A stretch of 63,046 nucleotides of DNA, filler included, from Aduncisulcus paluster (taxonomy: Eukaryota), in the NCBI GenBank assembly GCA_024181965.1. It is 13 parts of 13 records of this genome, joined end to end, with 100 filler letters (N's around TTAATTAATTAA, not from the genome) between each part and the next. Parts side by side here need not be neighbours in the genome. Positions count along the whole stretch, not along the records: positions 11,968 to 39,812 come from BQXS01012050.1; 12 more parts are not named here. One strand, 5' to 3'. Numbering within the stretch: the first letter of the stretch is position 1; every line of letters starts with the position of its first letter. Of the stretch, positions 11,968 through 27,121 are shown piece by piece. The notes under the pieces were generated by a model, which worked only from the letters and a program-made list of their open reading frames with translations, was not told the origin of the DNA and did no database searches. A program made the translations under genes and the position numbers.

Positions 11968-14900
11968 GAATTTGTTGTTCTTTCAAAAGTTGGCACCATA
12001 TTTGAGGAAGAAATCGACGATGTGGCAATTATTTCAGGTTCAATCTCATTCTTTTTCTTCTCCCGCTCTTTTTCTCTCTGAACCCACTGATCAAATATTT
12101 GAGACATCAGAACTCCATATTGAGAAACTGATTTTGAAAATATATTCATGTATTCATCAGATATGGCTTCAATTCCAAGTTGGATTATTGAATTCGATGA
12201 AGATATCGCAATGAGATGAGAATTCAATGCATGCATCCAATTATCTATTTTTAAATCTTCAGATATCAGAATTCGTCCAAGATAATAGAAAACGAAGCAA
12301 TTTCGCATGAAAACACTTGTTGAGAAGTATGAAAAGGGGGAGTATGAAATCAAAGGAAGGGAAGAAGAACAAGAAAAGAGTAAAGAAGCCAAGGGAAAGG
12401 AAGAATGCACAAGAGAAGTTGAGGAGATATATTCTTCGGATCCAGTCGAAACAGAAAGAGTACTTGTAGATGATTCAGAGGACAAAGGCGAAGAGCATCT
12501 TGCTTTAATATTAATGGAACTACTAACCGTTATCGCCTTTTCCATTTCTTCATCAAAAATACTCCCACGTCTACTGGCTTGATACGAGGACACTAATTCG
12601 GCGTCCAATTCATCTGGGCCAGATTTAGAGTTTGCTACAAGCTCGATATGATATTTCTTTTCCTCATTTAATAACTCATTCCATTTGATAAGACCCGAGG
12701 AAATATTTGAACAATAATCTGACATTTCTGACATATCCATCATTCCTTCAACACTCCGTTTCCATCCAAGAATAACGGAAATATCTTCGTATAAATTCAC
12801 ACTACTTTTATCCTCTTCATCTTTTGAAGGAAAAGGACGAGAACTTTCTATTGTTTGAGGAACAAGTCCAAAAATAAGACAATGTTGAACAATTTGAAGA
12901 ATAGGACTTGGAGAAGGCTTTGTGAGGAAAAGACACGATGGCATGGAAAATATATCAGATTTTACCTTAAATTTTGATCTAAATTTTGGGTCATGTGGAG
13001 TGACAGTAAAGGTATACAAATCTGAAAATTCAGAGTCAAATGTCGAAATTTGAGAAACTCCAAGTTCAGAGCGTCTCAACAAAATTGAAGAGTCTTTGGA
13101 GTCAACAAGTAAATGTAACATCATCCTTGAAGTGTGATTTGGCGGTATTTCACTGCACAATATTACATTGTTCAGAGCTGAAAGAATTTGGGGGAAACAT
13201 AGAAAATCTACACATTCAAGCGCATTAAATAGAGAAATAGAGAGATCAGAAATGTGAGAACCAATTGATTTTCTTGAAAACGGGCGTAGATTTTCCGATT
13301 TGGAATCACAAATTTCAGTCAAAACAAGGAAAGATTTTCGGGAACTATCTTCTTTCTGAGAAGAAATCGACCATTGGTTTTGAAATTGTCTGAGAATATA
13401 TTTCATTAATCTATCTCGTTCTTCTGATGATGGTTTTGATCCTTGTTTGAACGAATGGGGAATTTTCATGAGTAGCGTGTTTTCACAGACATTTCGCATG
13501 CATTTGATACATATCTGAAGTAAAATTAACCTCAGAGGAGATTCAAGATGAGGAAGAATCTGATAAATTACAGGAAGTGAAAATACAAGTCGATATGCTA
13601 AAAATGGACAGGTGCATGACACAGAATATAACAGTGTGGAAATGGGAAGAGGAAGAGGAAGAAAAGGAGCATGATGCTTGTAAGCTCCTTGAGATTCCTG
13701 TGGATTTGTTTGATTCCATGGATGGGCTTGTTCAAGGGCAGAAATCGAAGAAATTACACAATTAAGAAAATCTTCATAATGTGGAATTGATTTATCAGAT
13801 ATCTCAGAAAAAAGAGGAGAAAACGGAAAATCAATATATTTCGAGTGTCCAATCGACAAATCTTCAAATGAAATCGGAATCTTTACCTCCTCAAAATTCA
13901 TTGAGCTGGAAGCCAATGATTTCTCATCCCAGGCTCGCATCGATTTTTCAAAGTAAATCGCCAAATACATCAATAAAATATATCTATTCCCATAAAACTC
14001 ATTAATTTTATCATTTCCTTCCTGAGAAAGCGATAAAGAGACGAGCGGATGAATTCTCTGATTCAAAAGATCGGGTAATTCGAGAGGAAATGCAAGATTA
14101 ATATCAATATTAGGATTAGATTTGTCTTCAGAGGAATCAATATTCCGAATTTCCACAATCGAAGGATCGATAAGATAAGAAATAGATGTAAATGCCGATA
14201 TATTTCTTCTTTTTGGATCCAAAATGTTAATGATTCCATCTGTTTTGTCTTGAGGTTTTTGTTTCTGATCATAGGTATCTCTGACAAGACATTCTTTCAG
14301 GAGAATTGAAAGATATCCAACATCAGGAATATGTTGAAGCAGCTCACACAACACACAGATTGTCCAACTTACAATGCATATCGGTGAGTGACTTCGAATG
14401 AAAGAGATAAGAATTGGGGGCAATGAAGATGACATAAGGATTTTACAGATTGGAATGCGATGGGGTAATTTCTGCTTCGAGATATCATCACGGATCAAAT
14501 AGAATAATTTCCTCAAAATATATCCAGAAAAAATCGAATAATTTAGAGGAACAGTATTTGAATTCGGTTCGTCCAAATATTCCAATCGTTTGATTAATGG
14601 TATGATTAACCTCCGTAAAACATGGAGTGAGAGATATTTAGAGAAATGGACGAAACTATCTAAAAATAGATCCAAAATTCTTGGTGAGATAATAAATGAG
14701 AATAAATGAGGATAATTCAGAATAAGAGTTTCGATAAAGCATATTGAATGAACAATATCTTGAGAAGGGCTATTTGGAGAAGTCAAACATAGATGAAAAA
14801 CGGGGAAGAAAAAGGATTCAAGGCGCTTTCCAATTTTAGAAAATTCAAATATAAATGCGCCATCTGAGGAACAACCGGAAAGTAAGATATTTCTTTGATA

Positions 14901-17900
14901 ATATTCAAATAATGCCTGGAATTCAAATAAACTTGATTTTATCACATGTAAAAGAGAGGAAAAGGACAAATCAGAACCCGGAAAGATGAGAGAAGTACAA
15001 ATTGGGACAGACATCGAAGATCTGTTCCAAAAATAGATTGGAGCACCATGAATATCGTACCAAGAATGAACCATTTCAGATTCACAATGACAGTTAGAAA
15101 TAAAATTAGAACTTGTGAAATGGCACATGCACTGGCACAATTCATCATTTTCCAAAATATCAAAGGATTCTTCGCTGAAATTATGTGAAGAAAGGGTTGT
15201 TTTTGAAGCAAATAATCCACATCCGTGAATATATACTCCGTCTTCACCATCGATCAAAGTTTTCTCACCCTCACCCTCAACATTAGTTCTCATTGAAGAA
15301 TAATATTCGGATAGATTAATATAACTTCGCCCACCACTCACCACACGATCACTCACACCACCAATGAAAAGACCCCAATTAAAAGGTAATGGAATCTTCA
15401 TCGAGACAGATAATGTAGAAAGTAATTGGTTGCATGGGGAATGATTCGGTCCGAATTTAGATGAATTAGAGGTAGGGATACTATAGAGATTAATTTTTAC
15501 CACATAATGTTGTTTTGAACTTTCTTGTTCTTTTTGGCAATTTACAATAATTCTATAAGTTTTTTCAGGTTCTAAAGGAGCAGAAAACATATAAGGGATG
15601 GGAGAGTTTCGAGAAAATGGAGAATAAATTGTAAAATGGGTCGGAGATAGTGAAAGTTCAAGAACCACAGAAGATGGGGCGGATTCATTAAATTCTTCTC
15701 GTGAAATATTGTATTTGTATCCAAGATGATCTAAATCAGAGAGCAAATCATAATTGGAGTAATTTGTAACCAAAGAGAAAAGGAGACACCGAGATCTCTC
15801 CGAAATTAGATTTAGATCGGCGACAATTATATAGTTGTCGTTCAAACACATTGAAGGGGAAGATTCGCTATATTTAAGAGAAGGAACAGACAATGAATTC
15901 TCGGTTGAAATTATGGATGAAGAAGAAGAAGAACTCTGACGAATACTCTCAGTATATTCATGTCTCGATTGCCCATGGGAATGAATTGACCCAAATCGTT
16001 CAAGAGAGAGGAAAGGCGTTGCGAATGAGCATTCCATTCCAGGCCGGAATAATACACGGCCTTGTGGAAAAGAATTTATCTTTAGAAGGAAAAAACAACA
16101 TTGGGATATCGCATCATTGGTATCAAAAATAGGTCTTGAACTGGCAGAAGTTGAATCATTACACTCAAATTTCAAGTTATTCTTAATTGTTTTGACACCA
16201 AGACGAACACATTTCAAAGTGGTTCTGAGAGTATATATCCTTATAAATCGCATAATTTCATCTCCAATAATTCTTCGGGAACCAAAAAGCGCACATGTTT
16301 CGAGGAATGCAAAACAATTTCTTTGGACACAAATACGCAAGGATTCTTGAGGAATGTCAATAAAGGGATCCATGAAAGTGATCCATTGGGAAACACAGCA
16401 TTTTATAACATCAGAGAGAGGGAGATGGCACATCAATCGGATTGAGAGGAAGGAAACAACTTCATTCAAGAGAGAAAAGATCTTATCAATTTTACGTATT
16501 AGAGAATCAATTTCTGATTGCTCAGAAAATAGTTTGAAAGAACTTCCAACCATCAAAACCATTTTTAAGGAACAAATTATTCCATTTTTGAGGAATTGAT
16601 GGTACCTTTTTGCATAAAATAACCCACAATGTGCCAAGCATAAGGCAAAATGAATTAAATATGTTTTTGCTGCCACATTTAGTTGGTCTGCCCGTAATTT
16701 AAGTCTCATATTCAATTCTTGAGAGTACCTTGCCAGTTGGGATTTGAGAAGGTTTTTGGAAGATTTTGCCAGATGAATGGAAGGTTCAGGAAGGATAGGA
16801 ATTGCAGATTCTTCACTTTCATCTTGCGAAAACGTATTTTTTTCAACGATTTTCTCTGCTTTATCAATTTCAAAAATATCATCTCCGAAATCATCATCTG
16901 TTGGTTGCCACAAAATCCGCCCTTTGATATCTAAAATAGGATTAAGCAAAGTTCCAACCGATTCTTGAGGAGTTTCTCCATATTTTGTCAGCTCTGCCAA
17001 GGATATTTCATGGAATGGAGATGAAATAAATTCATTTATCAATAAATGAGCTTGTTCAAATGATATTCTGGATATAGTATCTCCAATGAAATGATTAGCA
17101 TACAATTCATGATATTGCAAGAATTCAAAAACTTTTGAACCCATATTTTTTCTGATTGGTTCTTCAGATCGTTCGCTAAAATCACAATTTGAATATCGAA
17201 TTCTAAAATTCAAATATTTCTCCCTTTGCCTCTTTGAAACGAGCATAATGCCCAATGAATCACATTCAGATTTTTTGTGTTTTGACATAATCATATCAAC
17301 AATATCATTTGGAACTAATCTTAGGGAAAGACAAAAACAAACAAGAGGAAGAGTATTTGATGATGGGAAATCTAATGGAAATGAAGAAAGTAATTCAATC
17401 AAATATAAGGATATTTGAGTATCTGAACCTTTCTTACATTGCTCATATGAAAGAACGGTTGAATACAATAATTCATGAAGCATAATGAACACTGAAAACC
17501 CATCATTCTGAGAGTCTTGAAGATAACTTGAAATCCGATATTGATATCCGTCAATAATAATACTGGATTGAGGGAAAATGGCGGAAACAGTGGGGAAATA
17601 CTGTTCCGATGAGAATATGGGTTTGCGTTCATTTTGATGGAAATGCCACAACAAAATGGACCCAACAATTTCAATCGATTTCAAGGGATCAAATAATTTA
17701 AATGTTGGCGATATTACATTCTTTTCTTTCTCGATAAACAAATCGTCAATGCTATTTTTATCGAGTTGAACGGAAGAACTTTGACTTTCTTCATCTTGAA
17801 TCATTCCAATGTCAAGAGAAGGAACTTGAAAAAAAGTTTCACAAATTGGGGCAGATGAATTAGATCCCAACTCTTCTAGATCTTTCATTGACACTTCCTC

Positions 17901-20900
17901 GGAGTCGAGTTGTTCAGACAGATCAGAATCCTCATTTTTAGAACTGAATTCTCTAGATAGATCAGATTCCTTCATATTCACTTGTGATTCAACAATTTCA
18001 CACAAACAGCCCAAACAACAACTCAATCCCATTGATTTCTCTAATAAAGACATAACAACTACCATAAAGGCTGAGATACTATTCGAATTATCACAATCAT
18101 CTTCAGTTGTGGCTCGGAGAACACTCCTGAGGAATACTGTGAGATCGATAAGAGAACAAGATATGTCGAGAATATGGGGATAGGATTGTATTGATTCATT
18201 TAAATTGAGCATAGAAACTAAGTAATAAAGACAATTAAAGAATTCGTTTTTCCAAATATCTGAACGCTGGGATGAAGAGGGGTGAATGAAATTATGAGGG
18301 GTTTTCTTCTCAAATTCAAACAAATTAATGAAGGAAAATGAAAAGACTTTCATCGAATCTCCTTGTATGGCACTGAAATGCTGAATCTGACAAGATTCAA
18401 ATGTTGGAATATCTTCGGCATTATAAATCAAGAGATGATGAGCTATCGTTTGAAATATGACTCCAGAGAAAGATTCACAGTTTCTCACATCAATTTTCGA
18501 ATGTGATTTTGAAAAGATAATAGGTTTGACTCCTTCTTGTTGGCACAAAATGGAATATAATTTGCAAGACAAATCCCAATAATTCGAAACAAAAAATTTG
18601 TCAGGGGAGTCTTTTCTTATTTGATCAAGTTGAGAAATAATTAGAGTTGCTATTTTTAGACATTTTAATCGTATTGAAGGAAACGAGGCAAGAATAGATG
18701 CCCTAAGGAGGAATAGTGAGCATATACAAAGAGAAAATGGAGATTGAGAGGGATTTGAATTTTGAAGATTAATTAATTCGTCCTCATTTTGTTTGAATCT
18801 TGATGAATCAGAGACTAAATAACTCAGAATTGAAGAGTCATCATTAAAACTTGAGAGTTTAAGAGAATCCATAGATTTACATGCAGAATAAAGAGAAGGA
18901 AATTGGCAGGATAACCTCTGAATATCTTCAGAAAATGAGCATTGAAAGTCAAGCGTTTGCTCTGGATCATGAATTTCTGAGGCCATTGAAGAGCTTTTTT
19001 CAATTATCACAGCATTATAAATGCATTCTAAAATAGTATCACATGCATCAAAATTGTGAGATTCAACAAGAAAAGAGAAGGAAAGATACATCAAAATGTA
19101 CTTATTGAAGAGCCATAGTATTGATGGTAAAGGAAATGGGATTGACGAGGAATATTTTGAAGAACAAGAATAAGAAAGAAATTTGAAAGTATTTGATTTT
19201 TTTGCTCTCTTAAAACACATCAAACAGAAGTTCAACAAAGCAAAGGGGAAAGAAGAAGAACAAGATTCAATTTGAGTATGAGTGTCCAAATCATGCATTT
19301 TAATCCTCCTTTCATTCATACGAATTGCGAATATTGAATAATACATTAAAAATGCAATCATTTTGGGCTGTGAAATCGAAATAAATTTCTTAGAATCAAA
19401 AATACTATTCAAACACATTTTATGCGATACTTGAGTTTGATCAGATACCTGGTAGAAAGATGGAGTCGGAATAATTCGTGTTGAATCGAACTCTGGAAAT
19501 ATCATCTCGAGAGAAGAAATTAAAGCTTGGTAAAGACCAAATTGTTTTGACATTTTTGATTCTTCCAAATTAATATATTTAGGGTTTAATGGATTATGCG
19601 GTATTCCAAGTAAATACTCAATTTCAAATAAACTTCGAATCGCAATAGCAATATCATTAAGGGAAAAATCATGAATCATATCGTATTGTGTTGTGATACT
19701 TTGTAAATAAGCTTGGGCGCGGGTCTTACGGAGTTCGCATTCACTAATACTTGAAGATAATACCAATAACATTGATATTGCCTGATTAAAATCATTTATA
19801 TTTTTAGATTTGTTTTGAGAAATTTCATTTTGATCAATAGACTCCATTATGCGGACTTCTGATTTCTTTGAATTGAAGAGTAAACAAATATTATCCAAAG
19901 TGGATATTGACTGACTCAAAGATTGAAACAGACAAGAATTCGAAGAGAATAAATCCAAAATTTCAGAATGTAGGATTCCAATCGAGAGGATCAATTTAAG
20001 AGAAAGAATGGATAAAAACAGACGGTTATTCAATGATGAAACCAATATTGATGATTTTGAGGAATCTTTATCTGGTATAACGGTGGGTGAGGAAGATAAA
20101 GACCCATAGTAACTTAGAGGTGTAGAGGGAATAGATTTTTCAGACAAGAAATTGTTCGGAGATTTTGGGAAAATTATTCGAGATGGCTTTCCAAAATAAT
20201 TTGTTTGCTCATAGCCTTGCTTCATTGTAGCTTTTCTCCTCAAAATATCGTAAGAACCATCTGAATCTTCAGAACAAGGAACATAATAACTCGAATCATT
20301 TTCTAACTCACTTTCGCACTGAACCAAGACACTCATTATTTGCGTCACTAAATCAAGAAAAGGAGTTGAAACAGGCCGAGCTAATGATGCGCCAAATATA
20401 GATGCATTGCGCACAGAAATAACAAATGGACAAGGGGCAATATCTTTCTCACAATTCGACAGAATGAAAATCGATGACGTAAGAAAGGAATAAATTCGGC
20501 ATCCAAGGCTTGACAAAGAGTGAGAAAAGAAGAGCATGTGTGACATTGAAGAAAACATTAAGGCAATCGGAGATGAGGAAAGTAAGGACAAGGACCTCTC
20601 TGAAAACTCTTGTGAAGATTTTCTTGGCATTTTTTTCTCTTGAGAAACAGAAACTTTAGCTTTCCCCGTTGTTATGTGCTTCTCTTCCTCATTCTCTTCC
20701 TCTTTTTCTTCCTCTTCCTCTTCCTCTTCCTCTTCTTCTTCTTCTTCTTCTTCTTCTTCTTCTTCTTCTCCCTTTTCTTCTTCTTTTTCCTCGACGGGTT
20801 CGGTGATACATCTTGGATCATAGATATGGATTGAAAGAAGCAAAGAGGAGAGAGATGAGAAGAAAGAGAGAATGGGATTTCTNNNNNNNNNNNNNNNNNN

Positions 20901-23004
20901 NNGGCATTTTTTTCTCTTGAGAAACAGAAACTTTAGCTTTCCCCGTTGTTATGTGCTTCTCTTCCTCATTCTCTTCCTCTTTTTCTTCCTCTTCCTCTTC
21001 CTCTTCCTCTTCTTCTTCTTCTTCTTCTTCTTCTTCTTCTTCTTCTCCCTTTTCTTCTTCTTTTTCCTCGCCGGGTTCGGTGATACATCTTGGATCATAG
21101 ATATGGATTGAAAGAAGCAAAGAGGAGAGAGATGAGAAGAAAGAGAGAATGGGATTTCTCAGAGAATCTAAATTTGGAATATTACGTTCTTCCTCATGCA
21201 AAGAGGGAGGATATTTCTTGTCGGGTTGAACAATGTGTTTTTCTCTCAATTTTGAGGTGTGAAATTTCCCATGATAAAGAGCTTGGGAAGAATTGACTTT
21301 TTTCAATCTTATGGAATCACTATTTCTCCTTGAAGAAAATTGTTTCGTGTGAGATAATGGATTTGTTCTTATTTTGGTGGAATAATCCAAGTTATCTCTG
21401 ACAAAGGGATCTTGTTTTTCGACAGGAAGTTCTCTCTGCGAGTGAGGAAGATCTCTCGCAGACATGGGCTTATCTATTGGTATAAAATCTTCAATTGGAG
21501 AGATGGATGAAGCATCAGGGATTGAAAACGGGTCACTGCCTCCGTTTTGTTTTTGAGAGGAAAGGGGAATTGAATTAGTCACTTTCGTACGGGATCTATT
21601 TCCATCTTCTGCAATTCCAACCGAAATGCAGAACATAAGAACAGAACACGCCCAAGAAGTATTGTTGTTATCAAGCTCAGAAAGAACCTTAGATGGGGAA
21701 ATACTTGGGGAAAATGAGGGAACGTCTGAAATACGAATTGAATGTTCCCGTGGAGTTGAAGTCTCTTCGGGCTTTAGCAAGTTGAGAGATGATTCGGAAT
21801 CATCTGATGATGATATTTGATGGCCATGAGAATCAAAAAATTTATGAGGAACAATGAATTGATCGTGATCAGATGAAAATGATGTGACTTCGGAATTTAC
21901 AGAAAATGTCACACTCTTGTTGATTTTATGGCCAACAGATTGGGGAGCTATTTCTTTCGATTTTTTTGAAGGAATTTTGAGATCAATAGATTCACGAAGT
22001 TTTAGCTTTTCTCTTGTGATTTTTTCAATATGAACTTGTTCCTCCTCTTTTCTTCCCGCAGCACCCTGGTGCTTCTCGAGATTAACTAATGTTCTCAATA
22101 GAGCAAGAAGGGGCTTCAAAAGGGATAAAAATGGAAAAGAGCGAAGAGAGACAACTGTCGTCGAAGATAACTCCGATCTCTGGACTTGTGGATGTAAGGG
22201 CTGTGACGAAGAAATGGTTGAGGAAATGGAAACTCTGCTAGTCAACTTTTTAATGGGGGGGTTTGATCTCGATTTTGGGGGGTGGTGGACTGAGGTAGGG
22301 GTGCGCAAAGCTGGATGAAGGGATGAGAAAATAGGGTGAATCGGTGAAGAAACAGTGCTTGGATCTTCACTTATGCTTCCTCCGAAACTTCCTATTGAAC
22401 TGCACGATGTACTTCGATCTCTATCAATGGTTGGAGAGAGATAAGATATCGCAAAAGGATTGACTGATTCTGAGGTATCAGAGGAAAATACGGATGAATT
22501 TACAGATTGTGTGAATGGAGTTGGTGTTTTTTTCAATTTTGAAGATGACGAAGGGTTCGAAGTAGAGATGGATCTTGAAGATTTTTTTGAGGGAACAATA
22601 TCATCAGAAGCAAAATATTGAAGCATGTCACACACTTTTATAAGAACCGAGTGGGTGGAAGATGATGATTGAAGGATAGATTTAACGACAGAGAAGAAGG
22701 AACCAGCAAGACAATCAGTAATCTCTGAAATTCCAAATAAATACTCAAGTTCTTCATAGCCATCTTCTTTTTGTGAAATTGAATTAATTATTTCAATAAA
22801 CTTGAGAGTAGATCCATCACAAACCCCTCTTTTAATCGACATTCGAAAAGAGGTAATTAGGAGTTTAGCTTGGGAGAGCGAAATCGAAAAAGATTGACCT
22901 GATGCTAATGAATCTGAAATGGGTCTTGTGATTTGTGTCAATGTAGATATTCCGGCAATAGAATGGGGAATTCTATTGGAACTTGTTGAATGAGAACCAA
23001 ACAT
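11968..23004 (-). CDS. Giant (>3500 aa) Ser-rich protein, 3'-partial; possibly the N-terminal part of a BEACH-family protein
   Basis: ORFs 20818-23004 and 11916-20843 join into one frame once the duplicated overlap at the 20883-20902 gap is collapsed; helical-repeat character and a beta-rich LFIGG segment. The family call is weak. Confidence 0.75.
20626..21159. repeat. 257-bp duplication across a 20-N gap (artefact)
   Basis: 20626-20882 equals 20903-21159 except A20794/C21071. Confidence 0.9.
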
Positions 23005-23261
23005 AGTAAGGGATTAAATATTCTTTTAAATATGATGTAAAATAAAAAAGAACCGGTATATATCTTTTAAAGCTATAATTTGGACGACAATCAAGAAATT
23101 GAGGTGAAACTCTAGTAAGTATTATTAAAATAGTTATTATTCACATTTCTGATGACAAATTAAAATGTATATTTCGAAACCTAATTCAATTAAACATTAA
23201 TAATGCAGAAAAGTCCAATCAAAGAAGTGAATTAAATATCGTCTTTAAAAGATAAAATAAT

Positions 23262-24370
23262 TTATTTCCTGATAAACACAATATCTTGACCAACGTTTAA
23301 CTTGTCTCCGGGTTTTGGCAAGAATTCAACGTGTTTTTTTGACTCAAACACAAGAACAATTGTGCTTCCAAGGTTAAACATTCCTACCTCCTCACCTTTC
23401 CCCAGCCGAACAGGATCTGAGAACTCTTTAACACTCATCTTCTCGGAACCAGATGAATTTGAAATGAATGAAGGCTCAACAGTAAATGACATACTTCCTA
23501 CATTTAAAGCCCCAACCGCAATATAACCCATAAAACCTCCTTTCCATGTTCCATGAAGGCATAAACGTTCATTCACTGCCAATGTTCCTCTATAATATCT
23601 CATAAATGGCTCATTCACACACACAAGCCGACCTGGGGAATGGATTCGTTTCTTAATGTTGAATTCACATGGGGTATGGTACCGGTGATAATCGCCAGGA
23701 CTTAAATACATCACACAAAAGTATAAATTTGGATTGGATGATAAGGTGGGGAGCTCAGAAGAGGTAGGAACAAATTCAGAATGTTTTAATTCTGGGGAGC
23801 AAGAAAGAATATCTTCAACTGTAAAATCGAGTCCTTTAACACAAGGGATCTTACCCAACTCACTAATTTGTCCTCCACAAACAAAACGAGAATCTGCTGG
23901 AGCAACAATGGGCGATTTACCAATGGTTCTAACTCCAGGGCGAAGAGGTCGGGTAAAAAACTCATTCACGGTGGAGAATTCATCTATTGAAGAAGCCAAC
24001 ATTTCATCAAGCTTCACTCCAAAGGTTTTCACCCAAAAATTGATAATTAATCGAAGAAGCCATCTTGGCATGGCACAAGACATAAGCTTTCCAACGAGAC
24101 GAGACATAAACCGAGTTGGAATGGTTGAAAGCACTAAAACATTCATTTTAAGTTCGATTCTTCTTAAAAAACGTCGAATTAGAGGAATCCAGGAAAACAA
24201 TATAAACATAAGAGGGAAGAGGAGAGGAGATAAAATTATTTCCAAATACAATTTATGTTGAGCGATATCCCTATTTTTTGTACAAAACTATAAATTTCAG
24301 ATATAGATGAAAGATAAAACATGGATTCGTGAAGGATAAAGAAATAAAATGAGATCAAATATAAGCGAAA

Positions 24371-24412
<42 letters not shown>

Positions 24413-24552
24413 AAAAAAACAATTCATACCCATAGAATCAGAGAAATAAGGCATGTCCAGATAATCATTCTTATACAGAAGCCAATCGAGGGTTTTTCTA
24501 CCTTCTTTCCCCACACTATATGTGCAGTTCCATCTTTTATGAGTGGATTCAT
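23262..24552 (-). CDS. PSD: Phosphatidylserine decarboxylase proenzyme; proposed exons 24552-24430 and 24287-23262
   Basis: FFTR, APADS, YLSPGDYHRYH, VGALNVGS and the LGST autocleavage motif; a GTATGA..TAG intron (24429-24288) gives an in-frame hydrophobic N-terminus. Exon 1 is less certain than the family call. Confidence 0.93.
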
Positions 24553-24877
24553 TGATTTTATAAATGGGATTTCTTTTGATGAACCAAAATGATGTTCTCA
24601 GAACAGGCTGTGTGATTCTATTGATATGATCGCCGATCGAGTCGATAGACATTTATTATGATCTTGTATAATGTTTTCATTTTATTTCGTCATTCTTTTT
24701 TGAAAAAAACAGTACGATAAGGCGGTAAAGGTCGCCTCAGCCGTTGAAAACGTACTGTAATATATAGGATCATCAAAAAAGAAAAAAAGAAAAAAAAGAA
24801 AATAAAATGTTTTAAAAAGAAACTTTGAACAATAAATATGACTAACTGGCCAATGAGCCTCATTACAAAATGACATT

Positions 24878-25387
24878 TTACAACACAATCTTTGGTTTGG
24901 ATTCCGTTAACAAGGATCTAAATTCGGAATAATCAAGATCTTCTGGAATGATAATTTTTTCTTTCCTTTGTAATGAAGACGAAGCGCGCTGTTCCATTTG
25001 AGCACGAAGAATTGCTTCGACATGAACATGTAGACCAAATTCTTTCACAACACTCCCAAGTTTCCGCATAGGAACCTTTCCACTTTTGTCGGGTGCTCCG
25101 CCAAGGGCTAACCAAGCATCAAGAGTTTCCTGATCATCTTCAAGTTGTCCACCACGCTGCATCAAAATTGACAATATTGACAGCAAATGTTCGAACCGTA
25201 ATAAACCAGACGCTTGCACATCAACTTCTGTTGTCAAAGAAAAAAGCTCTTCCTCAGAAGGATCTTCTCCAAGTTTATGGAGAACCTCTTTAAGATTCCA
25301 AACATCGATATTTCCATTTCCTTCATCGAAAGTGTCAAATATTTCCTTCGCTGCATCTTTTTGAGCTTGAGTTAAGACTTGGGACAT
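24878..25387 (-). CDS. EF-hand protein resembling flagellar outer-arm dynein 18-kDa light chain (LC4)
   Basis: Calmodulin-like N-lobe plus DQETLDAWLALGG.PDKSGKV ... EFGL, characteristic of LC4. Confidence 0.8.
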   Translation of the reverse strand: MSQVLTQAQKDAAKEIFDTFDEGNGNIDVWNLKEVLHKLGEDPSEEELFSLTTEVDVQASGLLRFEHLLSILSILMQRGGQLEDDQETLDAWLALGGAPDKSGKVPMRKLGSVVKEFGLHVHVEAILRAQMEQRASSSLQRKEKIIIPEDLDYSEFRSLLTESKPKIVL

Positions 25388-25549
25388 TGTATTTTGAACA
25401 AAAAGGCACCAACAATTCTACTTGCTGTTATAAATTGTTAGTAAAATATTGGATGCATAATTTATATTTATATGTCAATTCATCAACGTTATATAAATAT
25501 AATACCGTTAAACCAATACCTATACAAATGTTAAACGTTTTTGCGGAAA

Positions 25550-27121
25550 ATGTCTCGACTGGATGAATTATTTAACGATATTTTGTTTGAAATTGAACGA
25601 AATTACGTAATTTTAACAACTAGGTATGTAAAAATATGTATTATGTGCATTTATTCGAGTGATGACAATATCTTACATTTCTTCTGAATTAGACAAAGGA
25701 TATTTGTGGAAAAATGGGTGGAAAAATTATCAGAGCCACAACCTCTAATATCATGGAAAAGGAATAGGAATTTATATGGGAAACTCCTGCTTTTTTTTGT
25801 AAAAAACAAAAATTTGCAAGAACCCTTTAATAAGCTTCCTAGGGATGGAGATTTAGGAAGACCACCCGCACATTTGGTATGTTTACCCCAATTCTTATCT
25901 TTATTTTTTGTATTTAATATTTTCTCATGCTAAATTATATTAATATTGTTCTGGTTTTCTTAGATGATATATGTCGATTCAAAGAACAAAAAGTTTTTGA
26001 AATCAAAGTCTCAAACGAGGAGAGATTCCTCAAAAATGATTCATGATCGACCTTCGTCGGTTACTCACATTCATACTCCCATGAAACGGTTTCATTCTTC
26101 AGTTACACAATCTTCACCCCACATTCATGATGTTTCTCCTCAAATGTCAATTTCTCAGCCCACACACAGATATACAATTAAAGCTCACCAACCTCCACAG
26201 GACATGCCTCCACTCCAGGGGAAAACTTCTGGAGTCATCGAAGAAGACCACTTGCGAGGTAGGATTGTTCATTCAACAGCCGCTTCATCTTTATCATTAT
26301 CTACTTTGGATACTCCAAAATCTAAACCACCGCAATTATCCGATTCTCATGGATCATCTGAGGTTGTTCCAACTCTTCCACAATGTATGAAAGAGTTGGA
26401 GTTGGTTCGCAAAGAAAAAGAAAAAATGGAGGCAGATATGAAACAATTACAGCAAGAAAATCGATCTTTAATTCATAAACTTAAAAATTTGGAAGAAAAG
26501 ATGAAGAAATGGCAAGAGTTAGAAGATCAGCGGAAAATATTTGATGAAGAAGAGGAAGCACCCAATGTTATTCCCCCTATCGCAGGGGAAACAAATGAAG
26601 ATGAATCGTTGAGTGATCATTTTCCATCATCTGGTTCTGACGAACCCATCCCACGTACACTCTCAGAAGCCTCTCACGTCCGATCTGCAGCCTCTTTAGC
26701 TGCCGATGCAATGCAAGTGGCAACTACATCCGCCGCGGCCTCTTTGAAACCTATCCAAAAAACTCGAATTGTCTTGCAAAAGGAAGAACCTGCCAGAGAT
26801 ACTGATAGATTGCTGGATCCTGTTGGTCTTTCTCTCTCTGATGTTCTATTTCAGGAGCAAAAGGCAAGATTCGCTCTTAATGAGAAAGAATCTTCCAAGT
26901 ATACTCTTAAATCAGCAGAAATTGAACCTCAACCAAGCATTCATGAAGAGAAAAAGCAATCAGAGAAATTCAAAGTTTCAAGTGACATCTTTTCTCGTTC
27001 TAGACTTTCTCTTAGTTCAATTCAACAGCCTGAAATATCAATCAAAAACGAAGGAGATCAATTATTGAAGGATCTTGAAGAATATCATAATATGACCGCG
27101 AAATATGTTTTTGGTCTCTGA
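25550..27121 (+). CDS. DUF4485 (CEP112 N-terminal-like) domain plus coiled-coil protein; exons 25550-25623, 25693-25876, 25964-27121
   Basis: Two GTATGT..TAG introns restore one frame: MSRLDELF..EKWVEKL..WKRNRNLYGKLLL..LQEPFNKLP, the DUF4485 signature. Confidence 0.8.

Noticed and set aside
24236..24652. 138-aa ORF upstream of PSD
   Set aside because: It reads through a poly-T/ATT intron; a different frame supplies PSD exon 1.
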